NCBI GenBank assembly: GCA_030704615.1 | Contig: CM060734.1 | Location: 37,510,001-37,574,000 of the forward strand | From: Takakia lepidozioides | Lineage: Eukaryota; Plantae; Bryophyta | DNA: 64,000 nt | Direction of reading: 5' to 3' | In this document: piece by piece, positions 23,996-37,233 of the stretch | How the letters are laid out: every line of letters begins with the position of its first letter | Position numbering within the stretch: the first letter of the stretch is position 1 | Made by a program: the position numbers and the translations under genes | Notes under the pieces: generated by a model | Database searches by the model: none | Told to the model about the DNA's origin: nothing | The model's input: only the letters and a program-made list of their open reading frames with translations

Positions 23996-26900
23996 TAGAA
24001 TGAACTGCCATCTGGAGTGTATATTGCTGGTATTGTACTCCGGGGTGAGGAGGGGCTGGGGTAGAGTGAGATCTCCCGGGTTGTAGTGGTTGCCGTGTGG
24101 CCATTGCCATGTTGCAAACATAGTCCATGCCGTGATGAGGCTGGCCTGAGCTGTAGTAAAGTTGCCACCAGATGCTGTAATGTTGGTGACTTGGCCATGG
24201 CTGGCCCTGATGGTGAGAGACTGTCGGCAAGGGTGCTGTTGCTGCATCATAACGTTGCAATCCGGCACTTTTGGCCGAATGATACCAGGGTATGCTTCGT
24301 GGAAGGAGAGATACATGTGAGAGAAGGGCTGCTTTCTGATGGTGTTCAGAGGATTGTAGTGGGTGACATCATAGAAAAGATGGGGGAGGGTGTAAGAACC
24401 TGGTGGGGTAGAGAATCTGACAATGTACGATTCAATATCTGCTTCAATATCGCCATGCTGCCCAAAAGTAGTTTCAGAATGATGTTGATGGCTCTTCCTA
24501 TAAAGTTGACGCTTGCGGGACTGAGTCAAGTTTTTGTGTAGCATTTGATGATAGGTTGCCGAAGCCTCCAGCCTGTCCATCACTGCACCGGCCTCTCGAA
24601 TGTTGTCGTACTCGTACTGAAGCTGTTTTGGGCACTGGCTGGCAGACCTGCATGGTTGATGGTGATCTGAATCCAATGTGCTTTGGGAAGTCGGCTGAGA
24701 AATTTGTCACCTTGTGCAACAGCCCTGCACCTGAGACCACTCCACTGGCTAGTGTTGCTACTCCCCACAGCTCAGGTTTTGCTCCAAGCATCACTCTCAA
24801 ACCTGAGAGAAGAAAATCATGTTTGCCATGGGGCCTCTTGGTGTGCCTGGTCCGTAATTGGGCCCTCACAAAGTAGGGATTAGATGTGCAGATTTGGGTG
24901 CCAGAGTCATCGCACATGCCCCTGTGCAGCTTTATCGTAACCTCTCTAAGTCTGACTTGCACTGTGTAGAGATTGTGCACTTTCAAAGATATTTCCGGTC
25001 TCTGACTGTAGCATGGGCTTATATTATCGGTTGAAGTCACGAGCCTATGCATGGTGCCCTGTTGGGGTTGCTGCAATATGTACAGCGTGATCCCAGATCT
25101 ATGTTGGAACCCAATCTTTGAGGTGCCAGTGCAGCTTGGCCAATGTAACTGGGCACAACCTTGGGCATATGTTGACAAATCAACATGGCAATGTTTATAG
25201 GAGTAGTATTGAGCTTTTGAACAAAGCACTTAGTATGTGCCATTTGGACCTGGAGATGGGCCGCAATTATATGAGTGGCTGGTAACTGCCGTATAATTTG
25301 TAATAGTGGAGGTAAACATTGATCATAATATTGGGTGACCATGATGGGTACATATGCCCTTTGGGTGGGGATGTGGCGTTGGGATTCCTGCAGACATAGT
25401 AGTTGGCCTGTGGCATACTGTGCTTCAACATAGATGCTAGTGTGACTTGGCAGTAGGGGAGATAGTTCCATCGCGTATTTTTGCACTATGTCACAGGGGG
25501 GTATTGAAAAAGTGGCATGAGCATTGGATACGAGCTTCCGAGTGTGCAGTCTTTGCTGAGGGTGGCGTGTTGTCCTTTCACCCCAATCTGCTAACTGGCC
25601 GGGACCTGTTATAATTAGCACACTGTTGTGCATTTTGGTCCCTAAGCTATCTTGCAGTGGTAGTAGAGGATATGGTGCTTCGTTTAGGCTCTGTTCAGGC
25701 CTGTGCATGGCATTAGTACAGTGATCATAGTAGAGTGGTATTAGCATGTACTGATTTCCATTGAGCTTTTGATCATAGGAGCGAGTAACAATTCTGAACA
25801 TTGATGGTATATAAATATAATACTGCATACGAGTTACAAATAGCTTTGACAGCAGAGAGTGCAATGATATTTCCAGGCTTTGAGCCAGGCAGTATTGTAG
25901 TGTCACATTGAGTTTTTGGTCATAGCAGCGAATGGCAATGGTGAGCTTTGATGGTGTGTGGATATGTAACTGCATTCTGGTTTTGACAAGTATCCTTGAC
26001 AGCGTTGTGTCTTCTTGCACATATGGGGGCTTTTGAGCATAGTAACGAGTGGTATTTGTGAGCATTGATATTGTGTGGGTAAACTGCCGCCGGATTGTAA
26101 GGGGTGCTGATAGCAGGGAGTGCCATATCCTCTTCATGCTCTGAGCATGGCAATTAATGTAGATTACATTTACATAGACATTCAGCATTTGAGCATTGCA
26201 ATGCTTGGATAAGTTTTTGAACAGGGCAGCAAATGGCACTTGTGAGCGTTGATACTGTCAGGGTAGAGTATCGCAGCCAATTACATGGGGTGTTGACCGC
26301 AGTGAGTACCGTAACCTGTTCAGGCTTTGGGCATAGCAGTGATTAGTTATAGCAGAGTGATGCATATATTTCCACAACTAGCAATCTCCACATCTCATCA
26401 TATATCCTTGTTCAGAGTTGCTTTACACTCGCGTGGAGGTCATAGTACAGTAATATTATTGTGCACTGTGGCAACAAGTTAAGTTCATGGGGAAGTTTCA
26501 TCAAAGCTGGAAAAACAAGTTTGTTTCTATGCACATATCCTGAGTTCACCTTCCTGACCTTCTGTCTTACTGTAGCCAAGATTTGGGTTGCTATCGTCTT
26601 AAATTTTTGATCACAACAGCAGGTGAAAATTGTGGCACCTGATATCTTGTTAGTATAACACAACATTTTATTTTTAGTTGGTATGAACAGCCATGGGTAT
26701 AATGAGGCTTTTAGAGCTTGAGCAATGCAGTGTTGTGATACCTTTGTTGTGATGTCTTGTGACATATGACGGGTTCTTTGGTATATGCTACTGATGATAG
26801 TGGAGACTTCCTCTGCATCTGTGAGTGGCAGCGTGTTGCGTTGCCCGAGCTTCCGTAACACCTTTGCAGATAGGGCATCTGGTTTCTAGGCCGACTTCGG

Positions 26901-29325
26901 GGTACACCACCGCATTTGAGCTCCTGGCACTTTGCTTGTTTGCTGGTTGCTTGCTTTGGGCGATTGAATCTTGGTTGAGGAATTACTTTGCTGGCATGCC
27001 TCTCCTACCTGATCATGGGGCGCAACGCACACTACAGTTAGTGTTGGGCTTGAGCTATGCACATTGAGGGCAACATGGATCAGCATCGTCTGTGGCAGGG
27101 GCCCTTTCTTGTAGTATGTCCGCTGGCTATTCTTTTTTATGGCACTTACAGAGTCCCCGATCCAAGCCAGTTCCAAGGCGTTAGCTGGCTGTTTTGTACT
27201 GTGGTTGGTGGTTGTATTTGGCCACCGGGCCCAAAGTAGATCTGCCAGCCTACTTCCGACATCTTTCAGCAATTTAATGTTCATGACTATAAAGCAGTTC
27301 ACGAGGTACAAGCACCTACATGTAATGCTGCGGTGTTTGCTAAGATCTCTTTCGTACAGCACACAGGTTGACTTTACCACTATCTCTCTTCTATGGGATT
27401 TGAAACCAGTTACACACACGGGATCAGCAGTGGCTTTCTCTGGCGTGCTTACTTGCTGGGTTTGGCCCTGGGCATACTGCATGGCTTCAGTGTGGCGGGG
27501 AGCGGCTGGTTGCTTGTTCTTAAGGCCCAGGCTGATTGCTGTGTATGTTAGCAATATATGAGTTGAGAACTTATCTGCACTGCCGCTATGCAATTGAAGT
27601 TTGCGACGCTGCAGTGTGGCATCGCCTTGTCCATTTGCGCGGGAGTTATCTCCTTGTTGACGGCGTACAAGCCTCCCCAGTATGTGACTTGCTGCTTGGC
27701 ACTTCACCGCCATGTACCTAGTTGTTTGTTTGGCTCCCCCCATCCCAACTTCAGCCTCATGCGTTTGACTTGTGCACCCTAGCTGTTGTTCGTGTGCGCT
27801 GGTTAGTTCACATGTTCCTGCACAGCCAAGGTGATTAGGTGTTCGGGATAGCATGCAACAAGTGCAGGCAGGGGATGGTCATTCAATCGAGCAAATATAA
27901 TGTGCGTTGTCTCAATGGCTATGTTTGGTAAGAGGCAAGCCACAATTGCGCCTGTATGGTTAGTGGTTATAGGCAGCCATATTTGCTCCTTCAGAAATTT
28001 GTAAGTGTTGAGCGGAGCATATGTTAGCGATTTAGCTTTCGTGCTGGCCCACAGGTGAAGACGAGAAGTATTCAACACATAACCTGTTGTGAGAATAGCA
28101 AATGTTGTAGCATTTTCCCTAACGTTCTTCATCATAGCCCTTGGAATCACAACGTTGGGAATGCCCCTGTACTTATCTGTGGTGTTGTAAAGGTTGATCA
28201 GGGGGCAGCCCGCTTCTCTTGAGCGAACGCTAAGTTTGTAAAGACAGGCAGAAAATGCCGCCCGCTGCCGCTCGAGTTGAGAGACAGGTCCTCCCGGCTC
28301 CGTTTGGTATTGCCTTATCTCGTGGTCCATGTGCTCCTCCACTGTATGTGATTGAGAGATCTCGGGTTCTGATCGGACTTGGTGTCTTCTTGGAACTCGT
28401 GGTTGGCTCCGTTTTCGCCTCCCTCCAGATGCACTCCACTCTGTGGCTGCTGACATGAGATGATGTCTTTTGGTGATGCTCGGGTGTGTTCGGCCAGGCC
28501 CCTCCATTTTCAGCGATCTGAGTACACCATGGGTAGAGAGGAGTCACTATCCCTCCTCTACCAGTCCTTCTTTCTCCCATTTGGGAGCTATGCTTCTTGC
28601 TGCCATGGCGTGCATCCTCGCTCCCCAAGAGTTGTATTATACTCCCGCAAAGAAACAATAAAAGAAGAACAACTCTTCTTGCACCTTGCTTGCGAGTTGT
28701 TATTGACTCTCTACATCCTCGATTTGCCCCAACCTCAAGCCTTCCCCATGGCCCGACAGGCTGTTTGCTATCTTGACTGCTTGATCAAGCTTCACTGTCG
28801 GGCTTGATAGTACCATCTTCGCCACGTTCACCATTTTCCACATCTTCCGTAGACAGCTCTGGCTTCAATGTGTTCTTTTTTAGATCCGGCAGCGATGGAG
28901 GGCCGATTGTCGGGCTGTGTCACGTATCCTTTCCTCCTCAACTAAGTTCGCTTGTAGTTTACCAGGTGTTTTCCAACTGTTCCCCTGGAAGCGCTCATCA
29001 GCATCTTCTCCTTCCTCTGCGCCTTTCGCACACGCTCTGTTGTTTGGAAGTACAATGGCGCCGATTCTATGTCTCGGCCACTCCCACAGGGAGCAGTCAC
29101 GATGGGTTCTGCCACTCTGTTTAGTCATAACTAAAATATCGGGTTGTCAAAGAAATAATCAAGAAGCCTACCACTTTGCAGTTCTTGATAGTGGTTGGCC
29201 TAACTTAGCTATCTAGCGGGCGCATTAGAGAAGAAGTTGAAATGGCTAAGTCCTACACAGCTACGGCGTCAACGTTTCTTGGAGCCCTCCGGCACGCGAA
29301 GTCTTTTTTTTTCCCATTGCTCTAG

Positions 29326-30575
29326 GTTGATTTGAGTAGGTATGGCAATGTGAACAAGCCCTCTATTCAGGAGTCTCCCAGCACATGGTCCTATTTGCAT
29401 TGTGATCTCACAGATAGGCTTGGTTTCACAACGGTCAATGTTACTGTGTTCGGGTCATTGGTCCAAACACACTCAGAGAAGTTCTGCAAAGGCGCTTATG
29501 TGCGCTTGGAGAATTTCTCCGTGCGTCCTAAGCTTAAGTTCGAGAGAGGTGATTTGGTGTACTGTTTGAAGATTACCTCCGTCACCCTTGTGCAGGTCAT
29601 AGCACCATTTCAGATCCCTCCAATACTCAACTTCTTTTGCAAAGACACCATCAGTGCTTTCTCAAAACGATTCCATGAGAAGTTTGCTACCGCCACTAAT
29701 GCTGTGGTGGTTATAGGAGTACGTGGTCAGGTGGAACAGCGTTTCGAGCTGACAGTGGCGGATGGGGCCTTTTCAGCTGGATGTTCAGATTGTAAGTCTC
29801 TTACCATTTGTTTGCTTTTCGCCTTTTCTTTGTTATGCTATTTTAAACTTATTATGGAGTAGTAATGGTATTGTTTGAGTGTATGGAGGTCAGTTTTCTG
29901 CCAGCGTTCCATGCAGAATATGAGCGGTTAGTCCAGCAGTTTCGTAGGGGAGGTGCTACATATGCAATTTTCAAAAACATTGGGGCAACTCAGAGCGGTG
30001 ACATGCGGCTGGTCACACTCCCTTGTACCATTTTCGCTCCTGTTTTGCATGATGACACATGTGCCGCTTTGCAGCGAGTGCATAATGCCCAAACAGCCCA
30101 TGGAGGACATGGCATAGCTACATAGGTAATGATTTATTTTTATTTTCAAGGTTTCTCCTCTTTCTATTTGTTTTGCAATTGCATTATCTTCTCATCTCTA
30201 ACACCTTTGGGGATTTTTTACATCACCTCGCCTTCCACTCCACCCTTCAAACGAGTGTGTGCCACATGTGGCCTCGAGGACATAGCACGTCAGGATGACG
30301 ACTTGTTCTTTTGTAATGCTTGCAAAACAGCAAGTCACTGTGCCCTTCATGTTTGCATAGCTGGTAGCATTCAGGGTGTGGATGGGATTGTGCAGGTGTA
30401 TGTCAATTCAGATTGGGTGGAGGCCATAGTGGGCATGATCGAGGAAGATCTGAAAAATGCTCATAGAACAGACAGACTTTCCATCATCGAGGCGTTCTCT
30501 AGCGTGCGTCATGTGGGACGGTTTTCTTTGAACCCTGTGGGGGATTTGGTTGGATTTGAAGAACATGCAGCATAG
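29326..30575 (+). pseudogene. RPA70-like OB-fold gene (Helitron-type), 5'-truncated, with introns
   Basis: LHCDLTD..VNVTVFG..FCKGAYVRLENFSV (OB fold); C-terminal CATC..CNAC Zn ribbon as in RPA70C; acceptor TTGCTCTAG at 29325, donors GTAAGT near 29792 and GTAATG near 30126. Confidence 0.65.
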
Positions 30576-31240
30576 TTCTTTTGCTGCATTCAAGAGCATG
30601 CTAGACTAGAGGGCTGCTTTCAGGTGTATCAACCTTTACAATAGTTTAGTGTATGCTCGGATTTCCTCGGATTAACTTGGACTTCCTACATCTATAGGCT
30701 ATTTGGTTTCATGGTGCTGCTTCATATGTGAAGCATTTTTCCTGAGCATCTCTACTTCGTCAAAGTAGTTCTTACCATGACAATAGAGCCCACACAACAT
30801 GATTGGATTTTATTAATCCATTTTTGTGAGTTGTGTGTGGTTTATGGTTGCAATATATGAGTACTTTGACAATATTGTGCCATTCTTGTGTGTTCTTTCA
30901 ATTTTACAAACTTCAGCCTTTTTGTTTACAGCTACATTTTCAGCCAGTTCCTCAGTTAATCAGCCAGTCTCTCACTTAATTTTTCAATTCAGATTTATCT
31001 ACTACAATATCTATGAAATTTAATTCATCAAAACATATAATGTACTATTATTATTGTTTAGCAACTCTTTATTCGACGTTTCATTGCCTTGTACATTGCT
31101 TGTTTGTGTTCTTATAAGATTTTCAAAATCTATCTAATCTGGCCAACCTCCATTAATATTATTTTCTGTTATAATACAACTTGAACCTTAATTCAGTTTT
31201 TTTACAACCTTATTTTTATATCTAATTTACTCTCTTAATA

Positions 31241-32064
31241 ATGGATACATAGATAGACTTAATATTACAATATCAGAATTTGCATCGTGTACACGATTAC
31301 CATTATGTTGTTGAAGACTGTTTATTTGATTCAGTTGCTTATTTGCTGCATTTTGAAATATCATCTACAGATCTCCGTCGTCAAACCTTGAAACATTTTA
31401 TGCAAACTTTACAATTGCCCACTGATGAGGTGGCCGAAATGATTCAAATCCACTTTTCTTCGGACGCCCTCTATGAGTTACATGGTGTTCGCACAATTGA
31501 TGAATTTGTTCAACAAATGTCCAAAAATGTTGTTTGTGGAGGTTTAGAAGGTGATAATCGTGCCATTTTTTGTTTAGCAAATTATTTACAAAGACCCATT
31601 CGGTTATGGTCTCGAGTAAATAAAAGAATAATATTTTCTGTGGGTGATCAATTTGTTGCGCATACCCCTCTCCAACTACTTTATGACGATAGACACGCTA
31701 CGAAGAGTGGGCACTTTGAACCTATTATTTTGAAAAGAACTCATTGCACTTCAAATGTTATGCCGTTGACCTCGATTTCAAATTCTCAATCGCTTTCAAT
31801 TTCGGGATTTGCAATATCGGTACAACCTTCTTTGATATCACAATATGTCACTAAAAAAAGGGGTCGACAACAAAATGATATTATGAACAACACCAATGTA
31901 ACCCCGAAAACACGTCGTTTTCAATGGCTACCAACTCATGATGAACACATGTTCAATTTGATGGTCGAGTTTCCGTCGTCCACTCTAAAAGACATAGCGC
32001 AAATTTTCTCCTGTCATTATGCAACTTTGAATCTCACATTTACTCAAATTTATTCTCATTCGCG

Positions 32065-32068
<4 letters not shown>
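31241..32068 (+). pseudogene. OTU plus Myb-like gene copy with a premature TAG at codon 4
   Basis: ATG GAT ACA TAG here vs ATG GAT ACA GAG in the 2185 copy; same OTU motifs. Confidence 0.65.
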
Positions 32069-32107
<39 letters not shown>

Positions 32108-33526
32108 CAAAAACAAAATACATGTTTGGTAAGAGGCAAGCCACAATTGCGCCTGTATGGTTAGTGGTTATAGGCAGCCATATTTGCTCCTTCAGAAATT
32201 TGTAAGTGTTGAGCGGAGCATATGTTAGCGATTTAGCTTTCGTGCTGGCCCACAGGTGAAGACGAGAAGTATTCAACACATAACCTGTTGTGAGAATAGC
32301 AAATGTTGTAGCATTTTCCCTAACGTTCTTCATCATAGCCCTTGGAATCACAACGTTGGGAATGCCCCTGTACTTATCTGTGGTGTTGTAAAGGTTGATC
32401 AGGGGGCAGCCCGCTTCTCTTGAGCGAACGCTAAGTTTGTAAAGACAGGCAGAAAATGCCGCCCGCTGCCGCTCGAGTTGAGAGACAGGTCCTCCCGGCT
32501 CCGTTTGGTATTGCCTTATCTCGTGGTCCATGTGCTCCTCCACTGTATGTGATTGAGAGATCTCGGGTTCTGATCGGACTTGGTGTCTTCTTGGAACTCG
32601 TGGTTGGCTCCGTTTTCGCCTCCCTCCAGATGCACTCCACTCTGTGGCTGCTGACATGAGATGATGTCTTTTGGTGATGCTCGGGTGTGTTCGGCCAGGC
32701 CCCTCCATTTTCAGCGATCTGAGTACACCATGGGTAGAGAGGAGTCACTATCCCTCCTCTACCAGTCCTTCTTTCTCCCATTTGGGAGCTATGCTTCTTG
32801 CTGCCATGGCGTGCATCCTCGCTCCCCAAGAGTTGTATTATACTCCCGCAAAGAAACAATAAAAGAAGAACAACTCTTCTTGCACCTTGCTTGCGAGTTG
32901 TTCTTGACTCTCTACATCCTCGATTTGCCCCAACCTCAAGCCTTCCCCATGGCCCGACAGGCTGTTTGCTATCTTGACTGCTTGATCAAGCTTCACTGTC
33001 GGGCTTGATAGTACCGTCTTCGCCACGTTCACCATTTTCCACATCTTCCGTAGACAGCTCTGGCTTCAATGTGTTCTTTTTTAGATCCGGCAGCGATGGA
33101 GGGCCGATTGTCGGGCTGTGTCACGTATCCTTTCCTCCTCAACTAAGTTCGCTTGTAGTTTACCAGGTGTTTTCCAACTGTTCCCCTGGAAGCGCTCATC
33201 AGCATCTTCTCCTTCCTCTGCGCCTTTCGCACACGCTCTGTTGTTTGGAAGTACAATGGCGCCGATTCTATGTCTCGGCCACTCCCACAGGGAGCAGTCA
33301 CGATGGGTTCTGCCACTCTGTTTAGTCATAACTAAAATATCGGGTTGTCAAAGAAATAATCAAGAAGCCTACCACTTTGCAGTTCTTGATAGTGGTTGGC
33401 CTAACTTAGCTATCTAGCGGGCGCATTAGAGAAGAAGTTGAAATGGCTAAGTCCTACACAGCTACGGCGTCAACGTTTCTTGGAGCCCTCCGGCACGCGA
33501 AGTCTTTTTTTTTCCCATTGCTCTAG

Positions 33527-34776
33527 GTTGATTTGAGTAGGTATGGCAATGTGAACAAGCCCTCTATTCAGGAGTCTCCCAGCACATGGTCCTATTTGCA
33601 TTGTGATCTCACAGATAGGCTTGGTTTCACAACGGTCAATGTTACTGTGTTCGGGTCATTGGTCCAAACACACTCAGAGAAGTTCTGCAAAGGCGCTTAT
33701 GTGCGCTTGGAGAATTTCTCCGTGCGTCCTAAGCTTAAGTTCGAGAGAGGTGATTTGGTGTACTGTTTGAAGATTACCTCCGTCACCCTTGTGCAGGTCA
33801 TAGCACCATTTCAGAGCCCTCCAATACTCAACTTCTTTTGCAAAGACACCATCAGTGCTTTCTCAAAACGATTCCATGAGAAGTTTGCTACCGCCACTAA
33901 TGCTGTGGTGGTTATAGGAGTACGTGGTCAGGTGGAACAGCGTTTCGAGCTGACAGTGGCGGATGGGGCCTTTTCAGCTGGATGTTCAGATTGTAAGTCT
34001 CTTACCATTTGTTTGCTTTTCGCCTTTTCTTTGTTATGCTATTTTAAACTTATTATGGAGTAGTAATGGTATTGTTTGAGTGTATGGAGGTCAGTTTTCT
34101 GCCAGCGTTCCATGCAGAATATGAGCGGTTAGTCCAGCAGTTTCGTAGGGGAGGTGCTACATATGCAATTTTCAAAAACATTGGGGCAACTCAGAGCGGT
34201 GACATGCGGCTGGTCACACTCCCTTGTACCATTTTCGCTCCTGTTTTGCATGATGACACATGTGCCGCTTTGCAGCGAGTGCATAATGCCCAAACAGCCC
34301 ATGGAGGACATGGCATAGCTACATAGGTAATGATTTATTTTTATTTTCAAGGTTTCTCCTCTTTCTATTTGTTTTGCAATTGCATTATCTTCTCATCTCT
34401 AACACCTTTGGGGATTTTTTACATCACCTCGCCTTCCACTCCACCCTTCAAACGAGTGTGTGCCACATGTGGCCTCGAGGACATAGCACGTCAGGATGAC
34501 GACTTGTTCTTTTGTAATGCTTGCAAAACAGCAAGTCACTGTGCCCTTCATGTTTGCATAGCTGGTAGCATTCAGGGTGTGGATGGGATTGTGCAGGTGT
34601 ATGTCAATTCAGATTGGGTGGAGGCCATAGTGGGCATGATCGAGGAAGATCTGAAAAATGCTCATAGAACAGACAGACTTTCCATCATCGAGGCGTTCTC
34701 TAGCGTGCGTCATGTGGGACGGTTTTCTTTGAACCCTGTGGGGGATTTGGTTGGATTTGAAGAACATGCAGCATAG
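33527..34776 (+). pseudogene. RPA70-like gene, second array copy
   Basis: Near-identical to 29326-30575. Confidence 0.65.
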
Positions 34777-35441
34777 TTCTTTTGCTGCATTCAAGAGCAT
34801 GCTAGACTAGAGGGCTGCTTTCAGGTGTATCAACCTTTACAATAGTTTAGTGTATGCTCGGATTTCCTCGGATTAACTTGGACTTCCTACATCTATAGGC
34901 TATTTGGTTTCATGGTGCTGCTTCATATGTGAAGCATTTTTCCTGAGCATCTCTACTTCGTCAAAGTAGTTCTTACCATGACAATAGAGCCCACACAACA
35001 TGATTGGATTTTATTAATCCATTTTTGTGAGTTGTGTGTGGTTTATGGTTGCAATATATGAGTACTTTGACAATATTGTGCCATTCTTGTGTGTTCTTTC
35101 AATTTTACAAACTTCAGCCTTTTTGTTTACAGCTACATTTTCAGCCAGTTCCTCAGTTAATCAGCCAGTCTCTCACTTAATTTTTCAATTCAGATTTATC
35201 TACTACAATATCTATGAAATTTAATTCATCAAAACATATAATGTACTATTATTATTGTTTAGCAACTCTTTATTCGACGTTTCATTGCCTTGTACATTGC
35301 TTGTTTGTGTTCTTATAAGATTTTCAAAATCTATCTAATCTGGCCAACCTCCATTAATATTATTTTCTGTTATAATACAACTTGAACCTTAATTCAGTTT
35401 TTTTACAACCTTATTTTTATATCTAATTTACTCTCTTAATA

Positions 35442-36265
35442 ATGGATACATAGATAGACTTAATATTACAATATCAGAATTTGCATCGTGTACACGATTA
35501 CCATTATGTTGTTGAAGACTGTTTATTTGATTCAGTTGCTTATTTGCTGCATTTTGAAATATCATCTACAGATCTCCGTCGTCAAACCTTGAAACATTTT
35601 ATGCAAACTTTACAATTGCCCACTGATGAGGTGGCCGAAATGATTCAAATCCACTTTTCTTCGGACGCCCTCTATGAGTTACATGGTGTTCGCACAATTG
35701 ATGAATTTGTTCAACAAATGTCCAAAAATGTTGTTTGTGGAGGTTTAGAAGGTGATAATCGTGCCATTTTTTGTTTAGCAAATTATTTACAAAGACCCAT
35801 TCGGTTATGGTCTCGAGTAAATAAAAGAATAATATTTTCTGTGGGTGATCAATTTGTTGCGCATACCCCTCTCCAACTACTTTATGACGATAGACACGCT
35901 ACGAAGAGTGGGCACTTTGAACCTATTATTTTGAAAAGAACTCATTGCACTTCAAATGTTATGCCGTTGACCTCGATTTCAAATTCTCAATCGCTTTCAA
36001 TTTCGGGATTTGCAATATCGGTACAACCTTCTTTGATATCACAATATGTCACTAAAAAAAGGGGTCGACAACAAAATGATATTATGAACAACACCAATGT
36101 AACCCCGAAAACACGTCGTTTTCAATGGCTACCAACTCATGATGAACACATGTTCAATTTGATGGTCGAGTTTCCGTCGTCCACTCTAAAAGACATAGCG
36201 CAAATTTTCTCCTGTCATTATGCAACTTTGAATCTCACATTTACTCAAATTTATTCTCATTCGCG

Positions 36266-36269
<4 letters not shown>
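35442..36269 (+). pseudogene. OTU plus Myb-like gene, second array copy
   Basis: Identical translation to the 31280-32068 ORF. Confidence 0.65.
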
Positions 36270-36330
<61 letters not shown>

Positions 36331-37233
36331 CAAAACAAAATACATGTTTGGTAAGAGGCAAGCCACAATTGCGCCTGTATGGTTAGTGGTTATAGGCAGC
36401 CATATTTGCTCCTTCAGAAATTTGTAAGTGTTGAGCGGAGCATATGTTAGCGATTTAGCTTTCGTGCTGGCCCACAGGTGAAGACGAGAAGTATTCAACA
36501 CATAACCTGTTGTGAGAATAGCAAATGTTGTAGCATTTTCCCTAACGTTCTTCATCATAGCCCTTGGAATCACAACGTTGGGAATGCCCCTGTACTTATC
36601 TGTGGTGTTGTAAAGGTTGATCAGGGGGCAGCCCGCTTCTCTTGAGCGAACGCTAAGTTTGTAAAGACAGGCAGAAAATGCCGCCCGCTGCCGCTCGAGT
36701 TGAGAGACAGGTCCTCCCGGCTCCGTTTGGTATTGCCTTATCTCGTGGTCCATGTGCTCCTCCACTGTATGTGATTGAGAGATCTCGGGTTCTGATCGGA
36801 CTTGGTGTCTTCTTGGAACTCGTGGTTGGCTCCGTTTTCGCCTCCCTCCAGATGCACTCCACTCTGTGGCTGCTGACATGAGATGATGTCTTTTGGTGAT
36901 GCTCGGGTGTGTTCGGCCAGGCCCCTCCATTTTCAGCGATCTGAGTACACCATGGGTAGAGAGGAGTCACTATCCCTCCTCTACCAGTCCTTCTTTCTCC
37001 CATTTGGGAGCTATGCTTCTTGCTGCCATGGCGTGCATCCTCGCTCCCCAAGAGTTGTATTATACTCCCGCAAAGAAACAATAAAAGAAGAACAACTCTT
37101 CTTGCACCTTGCTTGCGAGTTGTTCTTGACTCTCTACATCCTCGATTTGCCCCAACCTCAAGCCTTCCCCATGGCCCGACAGGCTGTTTGCTATCTTGAC
37201 TGCTTGATCAAGCTTCACTGTCGGGCTTGATAG

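Larger units (their letters stand above)
13412..29313 (-). mobile_element. Long Dualen/RandI-like non-LTR retrotransposon copy; 3' end lost at the MULE insertion; nested LTR fragment
   Basis: Colinear and highly similar to the TSD-flanked copy at 39954-48564, plus about 6.5 kb (21125-27604) absent from that copy; the 5' start GAGGGCTCCAAGAAACG is shared. Confidence 0.85.
27921..37233 (+). repeat. Tandem array of a 4201-bp unit (2.2 copies visible, runs into the gap)
   Basis: Identical ORF sets offset by 4201 (28460 to 32661) and 4222 (to 36883, longer TA tract); junction (TA)n-GCAAAAACAAAATAC. Confidence 0.97.

Noticed and set aside
27921-37233. Autonomous Helitron or LTR pair
   Set aside because: No Rep/helicase motifs, no clear TC...hairpin-CTRR ends, and no TG...CA/PBS; units are head-to-tail segmental copies.
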